The translations under genes and the position numbers were made by a program. A stretch of DNA of 64,000 bases from Candidatus Marinacidobacterium sp. (GTDB lineage Bacteria > Acidobacteriota > Vicinamibacteria > Marinacidobacterales > Marinacidobacteraceae), in assembly GCA_965220965.1 (NCBI GenBank), contig OZ244852.1, forward strand, positions 2,820,673 to 2,884,672, in the 5' to 3' direction. The notes under the pieces were generated by a model, which ran no database searches, was not told the DNA's origin, and saw only the letters and a list, made by a program, of their open reading frames with translations. Below, piece by piece: positions 8,179 to 20,159 of the stretch (position 1 is the stretch's first letter; every line of letters begins with the position of its first letter).

Positions 8179-9372
8179 GTCCCTCGTCGAGCGCGAACTC
8201 TCGTCGACCGGATGCTCCGCCTGGAGGCCGCTGTTGGTCTGCTTGGGCCGCGCCAGGCGGGGAAGACGACGCTCGCGCTCGCGATCGCAGCCTCCCGGGA
8301 CGCCGTCTACCTGGACCTCGAGCGGCGCGAGGACCGCGCCGCCCTCGCCGACCCGGCGCGGTTCTTGGCCTCGCAGGAGGACCGGCTGGTCATCCTCGAT
8401 GAAGTGGGCCACGTTCCCGAGCTCTTTGGGGAGCTCCGGGGCCTGATCGACGACGGCCGCCGCCGCGACCGTGGCCTGAGCCGCTTTCTCATCCTCGGAT
8501 CGGCCGCCGTTCCTCTCCTGCGCCAGTCGGAGAGTCTCGCCGGCCGCATCGGCTGGGTGGAGCTTGGACCCCTCGACGTTCTCGAGGTCGACGACGCGGA
8601 ACCGGTGGAGCGGCTCTGGGTTCGAGGGGGCCTGCCGCGCAGCTACCTCGCCGAGACCGACGCCGACAGCCTCACGATCCGGACGAACCTGATCGGAACG
8701 GTGCTGGGGCGCGACCTCCCGCACTTCGCCCCACGCCTCCCCATCGAGACCGTGGACCGGCTATGGGCGATGCTGGCCCATGGCCAGGGAACGCAGCTCA
8801 ACCTCTCGCAATTGGCTGGAAGCCTTGGCGTGAGCACTCCCACCGTTGGCCGGTACGTGGATCTGCTCGTGGACCTTCTCCTCGTGCGTCGCCTTCCGCC
8901 CTGTCTCCCGAACCTCCGGAAGCGTCTCGTCAGGTCTCCCCGGCTCTACCTGCGGGATCCGGGGCTGCTCCACGCGCTGCTCGGCATCGGGGACCTGAAC
9001 GCCCTCCTTCGCCACCCCGTCGTCGGCGCAAGCTGGGAGGGCTTCGTGATCGAGACCCTCCTCGCCGCCGCTCCGCCGCGCACCCAGGCGTCCTTCTACC
9101 GGACGGCGCGCGGCGCCGAAGTTGATCTGGTCCTCCACCTGCCCGGGCGCGCCACCCCCTGGGTGGTCGAGGTCCGCCACGGCGCGGCGCCGAAGCTCAC
9201 CCGCGGATTCCACTCCGCGTGTCACGATCTGGCGCCGGAGCGGGCGTTCGTGGTCCACGCGGGGTCCCGTCGCTTTCCGCTCCCAGGTGGCGCCGAGGCG
9301 ATCCCCCTCCGGGCGATGGCGCGCCTGCTCGCTGGGAGCGCGGCCCCCGCCGGCGAGGCTCTCAAGGGTTGA
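8176..9372 (+). CDS. AAA_14 ATPase with DUF4143 C-terminal domain
   Basis: GPRQAGKTT Walker A; VILDEV Walker B; RGGLP; KRLVRSPRLYLRDPGL; GASWEG; FYRTARGAEVDLV. Confidence 0.92.
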   Translation: MVPRRARTLVDRMLRLEAAVGLLGPRQAGKTTLALAIAASRDAVYLDLERREDRAALADPARFLASQEDRLVILDEVGHVPELFGELRGLIDDGRRRDRGLSRFLILGSAAVPLLRQSESLAGRIGWVELGPLDVLEVDDAEPVERLWVRGGLPRSYLAETDADSLTIRTNLIGTVLGRDLPHFAPRLPIETVDRLWAMLAHGQGTQLNLSQLAGSLGVSTPTVGRYVDLLVDLLLVRRLPPCLPNLRKRLVRSPRLYLRDPGLLHALLGIGDLNALLRHPVVGASWEGFVIETLLAAAPPRTQASFYRTARGAEVDLVLHLPGRATPWVVEVRHGAAPKLTRGFHSACHDLAPERAFVVHAGSRRFPLPGGAEAIPLRAMARLLAGSAAPAGEALKG

Positions 9373-9444
9373 ACGGGGTGTGGCGCGAACCGCCATCAGT
9401 CTCGCCGGGTCTTCTGACGCCGACGCCCCCCTGCGCTCCCTAAG

Positions 9445-9966
9445 TCAACCGCAGAGCGCGTCCAGAATCGGACCGACGACCGACTTTGCGCGACAGGTCT
9501 CCGCGGCGCGCCAGATCTCTGCTGGGCTCGCCTTCCGGTCCCACAGCGCGTCCCGCATCGCTTCGAGCGCCACATCCTTCCCCACGAGCCGACGGAAGCG
9601 AAAGCAGTCCACGACCGTCCGGGCCGGGTTTGTGATCCAGGCGGGCGCGCCCTCGAACTCGATGCGCTCGACGCCATAGCGGAGCGACGCCCCGGAGAAG
9701 CGGATGACCCGTACGGGAAGCTCGGGGATCCGGGGCGCGCGGGCCTTGTGCGGGATCGCGATCCACACGCGTCGCGGGAGCTGGGTCCCAAGCTCGTGAA
9801 CGCTCAGCGCGGTCAGCAGGCAGACGATGCCGCTCGGGACGCGCGCGCAGACCGCCGCTTCGGTGTGGTGCTCAGTCACCTCCGCGTCACGCCAGCGATA
9901 CAGCCCTCTCGCCACCCGCTCAACCGAGCCGTCTTCCCTGAGTCGCCGGAGAGTGCGCGCACTCAT
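9445..9966 (-). CDS. Type IV toxin-antitoxin AbiEi-family antitoxin (no toxin downstream)
   Basis: VERVARGLYR, GIVCLLTALSVHELGTQ, TNPARTVVDCFRFRRLVGKDVALEAM. The true start may lie up to ~80 nt upstream of ATG 9966. Confidence 0.88.
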   Translation of the reverse strand: MSARTLRRLREDGSVERVARGLYRWRDAEVTEHHTEAAVCARVPSGIVCLLTALSVHELGTQLPRRVWIAIPHKARAPRIPELPVRVIRFSGASLRYGVERIEFEGAPAWITNPARTVVDCFRFRRLVGKDVALEAMRDALWDRKASPAEIWRAAETCRAKSVVGPILDALCG

Positions 9967-10043
9967 GCCGGCGGCGAACGCGTCCCTACGCCGGAAGAAG
10001 GCGGCTCGGCGCAGGTTCGGTTCCGGTTGCTGTGGACGTTCGG

Positions 10044-10077
10044 AAACGTCGGCAACAAGAGCTGGGCGCCGACTTTT
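10044..10077. promoter_or_regulatory. Inverted repeat upstream of AbiEi (putative autoregulatory operator)
   Basis: AAACGTCGGC ... GCCGACTTTT (9/10 complementary). AbiEi proteins are known to bind promoter inverted repeats. Confidence 0.45.
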
Positions 10078-10527
10078 TGGGCGGAGTTCCCGGTCGACCT
10101 CGCGTTGCTCCGGCGACGGGACGGGCACGGGACTCACGGTGGGGCGCCAGCCGGTGAACGGAGCCAGCGAGAGCCAGCCGAGTGGCTCGGCGCGGTTCGG
10201 AGGAAATTGCTCTCTCCCGCTGCGGTCGGACCGAACGGCGCCGCGAACGGTGACGCGAATCGCTACGCGCCGCAAACGGGATGGTGGCGCGCCCGCAGGG
10301 CCGTGGCCCTCGCGTGACCCTCCGCCTGGAACGGCCGCTCACGAAGTCGAATCACGTTCAGCCCGGGGGCGTCGCGGAGGAGCCCCGCTTCCTGGGAGGT
10401 GGCGCGGGCGGTGGCTTCGGCTTCCGAATGCGACCTGGATGGGGCGTCACCGCCCTCCCCGGTCGCTCGCGGCCCTGTCGACCCGGCGGAGGCACTGGTT
10501 CCCTTGCCACGGTAACTCCCTTACTCC

Positions 10528-11028
10528 TCAGGCAGGCTTCGGGCCTTCTGTGACGTCGGTCGCTGGGTCCGAAGCTCTTCGCAGCCACCCGATGATCTCG
10601 TCGCGCCCCTGGTCCAGGGGTCTCGACGTGGCGCTCTCGCCTCCAGCATGGTCTGCGCACCACGAGGCCGCTCCGGTCGGTTCGAATTCGACTTCGATAT
10701 CCACGCCGCGTCGCTGCCACTCGAGTTGCACGCCACCCGGCGCCGTCGGTACGACGGCTGGCGCGGCCAGGTTCGGGACCAGGGCGACCATCGAAACCAG
10801 GAAGGCGATGGCCTCCTCGATGGCCTCCTCTTTGGGAGTCGCTGCGTTGTAGGAGTTCCAGCCCTTCGGAAGACCCTTCAGCCGTACGGCTGAACGAATG
10901 GAGTCCAGAATCGGGACCGGCAGGTTGAGGCGACCGACACGGATTCGCGCTTCCGCATCCGGGCGCAACGAAGTATCCGCAGCGTTGTGCGGACGCCGGC
11001 CCCCCGGTTCTTCGGTCACCGCGCCCAC
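10528..11028 (-). CDS. Hypothetical protein
   Basis: Protein-like core LKGLPKGWNSYNAATPKEEAIEEAIAFL...AVVPTAPGGVQLEWQRRGVDIEVEF. Start uncertain. Confidence 0.7.
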   Translation of the reverse strand: MGAVTEEPGGRRPHNAADTSLRPDAEARIRVGRLNLPVPILDSIRSAVRLKGLPKGWNSYNAATPKEEAIEEAIAFLVSMVALVPNLAAPAVVPTAPGGVQLEWQRRGVDIEVEFEPTGAASWCADHAGGESATSRPLDQGRDEIIGWLRRASDPATDVTEGPKPA

Positions 11029-11100
11029 GATATCGCTCGGGCGCCATTCACGGCGTTCCGTTACGCCGCCTGTTCAAGGTTGCGCAACGTGAGCCCCGCA

Positions 11101-11127
11101 GGCCGGGGCTCGTGGTGAGCCCCGGCC
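11101..11127 (-). terminator. GC-rich hairpin after the TonB receptor gene
   Basis: GGCCGGGGCTC-GTGGT-GAGCCCCGGCC, a perfect 11-bp stem 12 nt past the stop. No U-tract. Confidence 0.55.
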
Positions 11128-11139
11128 CGGGGTTGTGGG

Positions 11140-14070
11140 TCAGAAGGAGTAGCGCAGGGCCAGCTCGAACTGACGCGAGGGGGCGTTGATGTTCGGGGTC
11201 AGCGAGGTGTCGTTGTTCCCGAAGCTCAGCGACCGCAGGTTGCCGTTCGCGTTGCCGAAGTTGGCGCGGTCGAAGAGGTTCAGCACCTGGAACACCGCTT
11301 CGATGCCGTGCGTCCCGCCCACATAGAAGTTCCGCGAAGCGCGGAAGTCCACGTTCAGGAAGTTGGAGCAGGCGAAGTCCTGGACAGCAGACCGATCGAC
11401 GGTCGACCGGTAGGCGTTCGCGAGGCCGAGGTCCAGATTCCGGCAGCCGTAGGTGTTCGCCGCGCTGAATCCGGGCGCCAGGTCGCCGTTGTAGCCGTCG
11501 CCGTTGAGGTTCGTGCCCGAGGTCACGAGCACCGGCAGCGGCGAGCGGTAGTCGAAGATCGCGGAGATCCGGATGTCGCCCGGCAGCACCGCGATGGCGC
11601 TGCTCACCAGCCGGTGGCGGCGGTCGGTGTCCCCCGGACGGGTGATCTGCGTGTAGCCGGGGAAGCGGCTGTCCCAGCCCGAGGACTCCGTGTTCCGCGT
11701 CCAGAACTCGTGGGTCTCGGTCTTCGACAGCGTGTAGCTGACCAGGAACTGCCAGCCGTCGGCGTAGCGCTTCTCGAACTTGGCGTAGAACGCCTGGTAG
11801 TCGTGGTCGAGCAGCGAGTAAGTCGTGTTCACCCGGTTGAACTGGGGCCAGGGGCGGGCGCCGTCGACCGGGTAGTTGATGTTCACGTTCCGCATCGCGT
11901 CGGCGCGGGTCGCGACCCGGGTCAGGTCGAGCGAGAGCGCCATGTCATCCCGCAACTGGTGCGCGAGGCCCAGGTTGAAGTGGTGCGCGTAAGGCTGCTC
12001 GTAGTCGTTGTCGAGGAGCGTGATGTTCGGGGGAGCGCCCGAGACGTACTCCTCTCTCGACCTGCCGCCCAGCGGATCGAGGAAGTCCGGGTTGTTGATG
12101 ATGATCGTCTGGGCCTGGTGCCACCAGCGCTCGCCGAAGTTGGTCAGCGTGCGGATGTTCTCGAAGAACTTGCCGTAGCCGCCCTTGACCGTCGTGCGGC
12201 CGGTGTTGTCGCCCGAGAGGTCATAGACGAACCCGATGCGGGGTCCCCAGTTGTCCGTATCGCCCCGCGAGCCGGCGCCGTCGTGCCACGGGACGGCCAG
12301 GGGGAACTGGATGTCCCGGATGTCCTCGTTGAAGGTGCCGACCTGGAGGTCGTAGCGGAGGCCGAGGTTCAACGTGAGGCGATCGCTCGACCAGTCGTCC
12401 TGGACGTACGCCGAGTAGTGGTAGACCGGCACGTCGTCGAACCGGGGGTTGCTCTGGGTGTACTGGATCGGATGGGTGTCCGGGTCGTTCGGGTCGAAGG
12501 GAGCGTTCGTGTCGAAGGTGAACGTCCCGGAGTAGTTGTTCAGGATGTCCGCCTTGAACTCGATGTAGTTGACGTCCACGCCGAACTTGACCTGGTTGTC
12601 GCCGCCGAGTCCCTGGGTGAACCAGGTGAAGTCGTCCTTGAACTGCCAGCGGGTCTCGGGGCCCATCTGGTCGTTGCAGGAGCCGGTGCGCAGGTCGGGT
12701 CGACGAATCGCCTGGTCGCAGAGCGCGAGGCGCTCCGGGCTGAAGTCGCCGGCGTCATAGGACCCCGCGCTGAACGCCGGGCTCACCTCGTACTTGGAGA
12801 ATGCCCGCTGGAAGCGGAACTCGTTCAGCGAGTTGGCGCCGGTCACCGAGGTTACGCCGAAGACTTCGGCGTTCCGCGGCACTGCGAAGTCGAACCCCTC
12901 GGTCGTGATCCCGGAGGCGTTCAGGTTGGGCCGGTACTCGTTCTCCCAGGCGACTCGCAGCCAGACCTGGTGGTCGTCGTTCAACTGGTGGGTCATCCGG
13001 GCGAGCCACATGTAGCGCCACTCGTCCTTGGGGAAGGTCCCCTCGAACTCGGGGAAGGCGCCGTTCGTGTCGATGTCGTAGAACAGCTCCTCGTCGGTCC
13101 GCTCGTAGGCGAAGAAGAAATGGGTCCGGTCCTCCACGATCGGCCCGCCGAACGAACCGCCCAACTGGTGGCGCCGGTACTCCGGCTTCTCGAAGCTGGC
13201 GTTGTTCGCGGCGAATTCCTTCTGCTGGTAGGTCAGTTCGGTCAGCGCCTTGTCGCGGAAGAACCAGAACGCGCTCCCGGAGAAGTCGTTCGTGCCCGAC
13301 TTGGTGACGACCGTCATCAGCCCGCCGGTGGCGAGCCCGTACTCCGCCTTGAAGTTGCTCGTCGTGACCTGGAACTCGCCGATGGCGTCCATCGGGAAGT
13401 TCTGGCGCGCCTCGCCCATTTCGGCCCAGGTGTTGTTCACCCCGTCCACGATGAAGGCGTTCGCGTAGTAGCGGCCTCCGGCCCCCATGTTCACGTTGCC
13501 CCGGTAGTAGAAGCCGCGGATCGCGTCCTGGCTCGTGCCGGGGGTGAGGAGGGCGAGGTCCACCCAGCGGCGCGAGGCCACCGGGAGGTCCTGGATCTGG
13601 AGATCCGAGACCGAGGTCGAGATGTCCGAGCGTCGGGTGTCGAGCAGGGGGGCGGCGCCGGTGACGGTCACCGTCTCCTCGACCTGCGCAAGCGCGAGCT
13701 CCTGGTTCAGGATGATCGTCTGCTGGATCGTCAGGATGACGCCGGTGGTCTCAACCGTCTGGAACCCGCTGAGCTCCGCGCGCACCGTGTAGGGGCCCGG
13801 GACCAGCGCCGGCAGGCGGTAGTTCCCGGCGGAGTCGCTGACCGCGGAGCGGGAGACGCCGGTGTCCTCATTTGTTGCGGTCACCGTCGCGCCGGGAAGG
13901 ACGGCGCCGGTGGCGTCGGCGACCGCGCCCTCGATCTGCCCGTACTGGGCGAAGGCGGGGGTGGCGAGGAGGAGAAGGGCGGCCGCCAGCGCGACCGCCC
14001 CCCGACAGGCCGGACCGGCCGGATTCCTGCAGGTCCGCTGCTGCTGGCTGGGGTTCGGCTGTCTGGCCAT
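11140..14070 (-). CDS. Oar-type TonB-dependent receptor with N-terminal carboxypeptidase-regulatory-like domain
   Basis: Signal peptide; GAVADATGAVLPGATVT; VTKSGTNDFSG; LTLNLGLRYD; C-terminal RQFELALRYSF. Confidence 0.95.
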   Translation of the reverse strand: MARQPNPSQQQRTCRNPAGPACRGAVALAAALLLLATPAFAQYGQIEGAVADATGAVLPGATVTATNEDTGVSRSAVSDSAGNYRLPALVPGPYTVRAELSGFQTVETTGVILTIQQTIILNQELALAQVEETVTVTGAAPLLDTRRSDISTSVSDLQIQDLPVASRRWVDLALLTPGTSQDAIRGFYYRGNVNMGAGGRYYANAFIVDGVNNTWAEMGEARQNFPMDAIGEFQVTTSNFKAEYGLATGGLMTVVTKSGTNDFSGSAFWFFRDKALTELTYQQKEFAANNASFEKPEYRRHQLGGSFGGPIVEDRTHFFFAYERTDEELFYDIDTNGAFPEFEGTFPKDEWRYMWLARMTHQLNDDHQVWLRVAWENEYRPNLNASGITTEGFDFAVPRNAEVFGVTSVTGANSLNEFRFQRAFSKYEVSPAFSAGSYDAGDFSPERLALCDQAIRRPDLRTGSCNDQMGPETRWQFKDDFTWFTQGLGGDNQVKFGVDVNYIEFKADILNNYSGTFTFDTNAPFDPNDPDTHPIQYTQSNPRFDDVPVYHYSAYVQDDWSSDRLTLNLGLRYDLQVGTFNEDIRDIQFPLAVPWHDGAGSRGDTDNWGPRIGFVYDLSGDNTGRTTVKGGYGKFFENIRTLTNFGERWWHQAQTIIINNPDFLDPLGGRSREEYVSGAPPNITLLDNDYEQPYAHHFNLGLAHQLRDDMALSLDLTRVATRADAMRNVNINYPVDGARPWPQFNRVNTTYSLLDHDYQAFYAKFEKRYADGWQFLVSYTLSKTETHEFWTRNTESSGWDSRFPGYTQITRPGDTDRRHRLVSSAIAVLPGDIRISAIFDYRSPLPVLVTSGTNLNGDGYNGDLAPGFSAANTYGCRNLDLGLANAYRSTVDRSAVQDFACSNFLNVDFRASRNFYVGGTHGIEAVFQVLNLFDRANFGNANGNLRSLSFGNNDTSLTPNINAPSRQFELALRYSF

Positions 14071-14145
14071 GGGTCGGTCTCCTCGGGAGGGACTCCGGGG
14101 TTGGCCCGACCGTCGGCCGGACCGGTTGACGGATGCCGTGGACGG

Positions 14146-14649
14146 TTATTCCACGGTGAAACTGGCGCTCATGGTGGTCTCGCCCCACTGGAAGTGGAGC
14201 TCACCTCCGCTCCCGTCGCCGCTGACGGTGGCGGTGAACATCTCGGCGGACGGGCCGCTTCCGAGCGTCATCGGGATCTCGGCGACGTCATTGGCGGCGT
14301 CCCGCTCCGTGCCCCACTGTCCCGTCTGCGAGTTCACGAGAAGCGTCCAGCCGTCGGCGGTCTTCTCGGCGAACAGGCTGTAGGACCCGGCGGCGACGCT
14401 GACTCCGCTGAAGTCGAGGTCGGCGCTCGTCGTCAGGGTCGTGGAGGTGTCGGCTCCGAGCCGCCAGACGGTTCCTTCTCCGGCCATCCCCAGCATGTCC
14501 CGACCCTGCAGGCTGGGACGCCCGTACTCGATGGAGATGTCGGCGCCGCCGACGGTGGCCTCCGCCGTGCCCCGGGGGTTGGCGTGCTGCGCGAACGCGA
14601 ACGATGCCGCGAGCGCGGCGGCGAGGACGAGAGTTGCCGTGGACTTCAT
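14146..14649 (-). CDS. DUF2911 domain secreted protein
   Basis: ISIEYGRPSLQGR, VWRLGAD, AGSYSLF, QTGQWGT. Confidence 0.88.
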   Translation of the reverse strand: MKSTATLVLAAALAASFAFAQHANPRGTAEATVGGADISIEYGRPSLQGRDMLGMAGEGTVWRLGADTSTTLTTSADLDFSGVSVAAGSYSLFAEKTADGWTLLVNSQTGQWGTERDAANDVAEIPMTLGSGPSAEMFTATVSGDGSGGELHFQWGETTMSASFTVE

Positions 14650-14710
14650 GAAGGACCTCCAGGTCACTTGCGGGAAATGGGCGCCGGCACCCCCTGAAGG
14701 GTCCGGGACG

Positions 14711-15274
14711 TCAGGCCGTCGAGCCGACAGGCTCGGCGGCGGGGGAAGAACGGGGGGCGCGCCGGCGGATCCCGATGACCCGGCCCCGCTCCGGCGGGTC
14801 GGGCATCCCCGTCTGGCGCCGGGTGATCTCTTCGAGGAGCGCCCGGTAGTCGGGCGGGATCGGCGCCGAGCGCCGGGTGCGCATGTCCACGTGGATCCCG
14901 ATGTGCTCGCAGGTCGCGGCGAGCACCGGACCGGTCCCCGAACCCGATTCCGGTTCGGCGAACAGGCGCAGGAAGGCGTGGATCAGCTTGTCGCTGAAAT
15001 CGAGGAGCTGCCAGGTCACGAAGAACGGCCGCCCCGGATGCAGCTCGTGCTGGTAGGTCACGTGATCCTCCAGCGCGAAGCTCGAGCGGTCCTCCTCGTC
15101 CCATAACCCGATGCCGGCGAGCATCGTCTGCGTCGCCTGATCGAAAGCCTTCCGATAGTACACGACGTTCATGTGCCCGTTGAGGTCGGTCCAGTCGCGC
15201 GAAACCACCCCGTCGTAGATGCGGAAACCGCGTTCCGGATCGAAGCTCAGGTCGGGTGGAAGGCGGAAGGACAA
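14711..15274 (-). CDS. Hotdog-fold thioesterase (4HBT-like)
   Basis: WTDLNGHMNVVYY motif. Confidence 0.85.
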   Translation of the reverse strand: MSFRLPPDLSFDPERGFRIYDGVVSRDWTDLNGHMNVVYYRKAFDQATQTMLAGIGLWDEEDRSSFALEDHVTYQHELHPGRPFFVTWQLLDFSDKLIHAFLRLFAEPESGSGTGPVLAATCEHIGIHVDMRTRRSAPIPPDYRALLEEITRRQTGMPDPPERGRVIGIRRRAPRSSPAAEPVGSTA

Positions 15275-15359
15275 GGGACTCCCGGAAGCCTATCCGCGCC
15301 GCCTCCGGAGGGCGGGCGTACCCTTGTCCGCCGCGTCCAGCGGCGCGAGGAGGTCTGCG

Positions 15360-17534
<2,175 letters not shown>

Positions 17535-17553
17535 GCCGCGCGACCTGAGCTGA

Positions 17554-19179
17554 CTACCCGAGCGTCGCCTCGAAGGACGGCGCCCGGCGGTGCTGCGTCG
17601 CCTGCTCGAAGGCGTAGGCGATGCGGATCAGCGTCGGCTCGCTCCAGGCGCGGCCGAAGAAGGAGACCCCCACCGGCAGCCCCGAGACGAACCCCATCGG
17701 GACGCTGATGTCCGGGTACCCGGCGATCGCGGCCGGCCCGGCGCTGCTGCCGCCGTCCAGCCGGTCGCCCTTGATGTGGTCGGTGATCCAGGGAAGGTCC
17801 CGGGTGGGCGCCACGATGGCGTCGAGCTCGTGCTCGTCCATCAGCGCGTCGATGCCGTCCTCGCGGTTGCCGCGCTGGATCGTGCGGACCGCATCCAGAT
17901 AGGCCTGGTCGGTGAGCGGGCCGCGCGCCTGCGCCGCGATCATCCGCTGCTGGCCGAAGTGCGGCATCTCCAGCTCCGCGTTCTCCTCGTTGAAGGCGAT
18001 GATCTCCTCGAGCGTGCGCACCGGCGCGGCGTCCCCGAGCGTCGCGAGGTAGGCGTTCAGGTCCGCCTTGAACTCGTACTCGAGGACGAGCAGCGGCAGC
18101 TCGTCGTTCCACGCCGACTGGGCGAGGTTCGCGGGGTCCACGACGACCGCGCCCGCGTCCCGCATGGCGAGAATCGCGTCCTCGAAGAGCGCGGTGATCC
18201 GCGGATCGAACCCGGTGAAGCTGCGCGCCACGCCGATGCGCGCTCCCTCGAGGCCGGCCGGATCGAGGAACTGCGCATAGTCGGAATGGAAGTTCCCGTC
18301 GCTGCGCGCCGTCGCTTCGTCGCGGGGATCCACCCCCACCGCGCCCCCGAGCAAGATCGCGGCGTCGGCGACCGTGCGGGTCATCGGCCCGGCGGTGTCC
18401 TGCGAGTGCGAGATCGGGATGATCCCGGAGCGGCTCCAGAGCCCGACGGTGGGCTTGATGCCCACCACGCCGTTGCTGGATGACGGACACATGATCGAAC
18501 CGCCGGTCTCGGTGCCGACGGTGAGCGCGCACAGGTTCGCCGAGGCCGCGACCCCCGACCCCGAACTCGAGCCGCAGGGGTTGCGGTCGAGCGCGTAGGG
18601 GTTCCGGCACTGACCGCCCCGCGCGCTCCAGCCGCTCGTCGCCCGCTCCCCCCGGAAGTAGGCCCACTCGCTCATGTTGAGCTTGCCGAGGAGGATGGCC
18701 CCGGCGGCGCGCAGGCGCTCGGCCACGAAGGAGTCCTGCGGCGGGATCGACCCCTCGAGAGCGAGCGATCCCGCGGTCGTGGTCATGCGGTCGTGGGTGT
18801 CGAGGTTGTCCTTGAGCGCGACCGGGATGCCGTGGAGCGGTCCGCGGACTTCGCCCGCCTGGCGCTCCGCATCGAGCCCGTCGGCGATCTCCAGCGCGTC
18901 CGGGTTGATCTCGATCATCGAGCGCAGTTCCGGTCCCTGCCGGTCCAGCGCCTCGATGCGCGCGAGGTAGGCCTCGGTGATCGAGCGGGCCGAGTGTTCG
19001 CCCGACTCCATCATCCGCTGGAGGTCGGCGACGGTGACCTCATCGAATTCGAAGGGCGGGATCGCCTGCTGCCCGCTTCCCGCCTCCGGCGCCCCGCCCG
19101 GGGTCGGCGCACAGGCGAAGCCGGTGCTCAGGGCGGCGCCGCCGGCCGCCGTCGTCTTCAGAAAGTCTCGTCGGTCCAT
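17554..19179 (-). CDS. Amidase-signature family enzyme with Tat signal
   Basis: DRRDFLK Tat motif; GPLHGIPVALKDN; GSSSGSG; GTETGGSIMCPS. Confidence 0.95.
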   Translation of the reverse strand: MDRRDFLKTTAAGGAALSTGFACAPTPGGAPEAGSGQQAIPPFEFDEVTVADLQRMMESGEHSARSITEAYLARIEALDRQGPELRSMIEINPDALEIADGLDAERQAGEVRGPLHGIPVALKDNLDTHDRMTTTAGSLALEGSIPPQDSFVAERLRAAGAILLGKLNMSEWAYFRGERATSGWSARGGQCRNPYALDRNPCGSSSGSGVAASANLCALTVGTETGGSIMCPSSSNGVVGIKPTVGLWSRSGIIPISHSQDTAGPMTRTVADAAILLGGAVGVDPRDEATARSDGNFHSDYAQFLDPAGLEGARIGVARSFTGFDPRITALFEDAILAMRDAGAVVVDPANLAQSAWNDELPLLVLEYEFKADLNAYLATLGDAAPVRTLEEIIAFNEENAELEMPHFGQQRMIAAQARGPLTDQAYLDAVRTIQRGNREDGIDALMDEHELDAIVAPTRDLPWITDHIKGDRLDGGSSAGPAAIAGYPDISVPMGFVSGLPVGVSFFGRAWSEPTLIRIAYAFEQATQHRRAPSFEATLG

Positions 19180-19273
19180 GGATGCTCTCCCGGCTGGCGA
19201 GCATACCGGTCGCCCGGCGCGACCGCGCTGCCGCCCCGGACGCCGGCGCGTAGGTCGCCGCGGACGCGCGCGG

Positions 19274-20155
19274 TCAGGACGCGCGCGCGGTCCAGCCCTT
19301 CTTCGGCTGGTCGAACCAGACGTGGACCTGACCCGTCCCGATCGCGTTCTCGTAGTCGGAGAACTTCCGCCCGGGCGCGGCGCAGGCCGAGCCTCCCACC
19401 GCCGCCACCGCCATCAGGTAGTGGCCGAAACGGCCCTCGGGCGCGAACCGCGCGTAACGGTCCATCGTCTCGATGACCCGCCGGTGGTCGCCCGCCGCGA
19501 ACCAGCGGAGCCGCTCTTCGTCGGCGGCGCGGGCTTCGGCGGTGCGGATGTGTCTGGGGTCCGAGGCTTCCCGTCGCGGGATCTCGGAGAGCGGCCAGAA
19601 CCGGTGGCTCATCCCCCCCGACGCGAGGAGCACGACGCGGCGGCCGGTCGCCGCGACCGCGTTGCCGATCGCCCGGCCCATCGCGAGGAAGTCGGGCGGT
19701 TCTCCGGTCTGGACGCAGCTCACCGAGACGACCCGCTCGCCCTGGTGGAGGTAGTGGAGCAGATTCGTGGTGGGGTAATGGATCGGGAGATAGGGGTCAT
19801 CCGAGGCGTGCGCCGGCTGGCCCTTCTTGCGCGCCGCCGCCGCGGCGGCGTGCGCGAGTTCCGGGTCCCCCGGGAAGTCGTAGGGAAGGCCGCTCATCCC
19901 CCGCGGCAGCTCGTCCGAGGTGTAGCGCCCGCGCCGCCGCTCGTGGGCCGTGAGCAGGTGCTCCACCGTGCTCGCCCAGTGGGTGTCGAAGATGACCAGC
20001 GTCTCCGGCTTCAGGCGGTCCAGCACCTCGGAACGAAGGCGGCGCAGGCCGGGGACCAGGCTGATCTCCTTCCCGGAGTTCAGCGCCTTCCGTTCGGCCT
20101 CCGGCAGCATGATCGTGGGCACATGCGAGACCAGCCCGAATCCGACAACGGCCAC
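19274..20155 (-). CDS. Extradiol ring-cleavage dioxygenase, LigB/HpaD-like (3,4-dihydroxyphenylacetate 2,3-dioxygenase-like)
   Basis: SHVPTIM, IFDTHW, YDFPGDPELA, LASGGMSHRFW, YENAIGTGQVHVWF. GTG start at 20155. Confidence 0.88.
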   Translation of the reverse strand: MAVVGFGLVSHVPTIMLPEAERKALNSGKEISLVPGLRRLRSEVLDRLKPETLVIFDTHWASTVEHLLTAHERRRGRYTSDELPRGMSGLPYDFPGDPELAHAAAAAARKKGQPAHASDDPYLPIHYPTTNLLHYLHQGERVVSVSCVQTGEPPDFLAMGRAIGNAVAATGRRVVLLASGGMSHRFWPLSEIPRREASDPRHIRTAEARAADEERLRWFAAGDHRRVIETMDRYARFAPEGRFGHYLMAVAAVGGSACAAPGRKFSDYENAIGTGQVHVWFDQPKKGWTARAS

Positions 20156-20159
20156 GGGG

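Noticed and set aside
10228-10268. Short CGAACGG repeats
   Set aside because: Only 2-3 degenerate copies, with no supporting ORF or structure.
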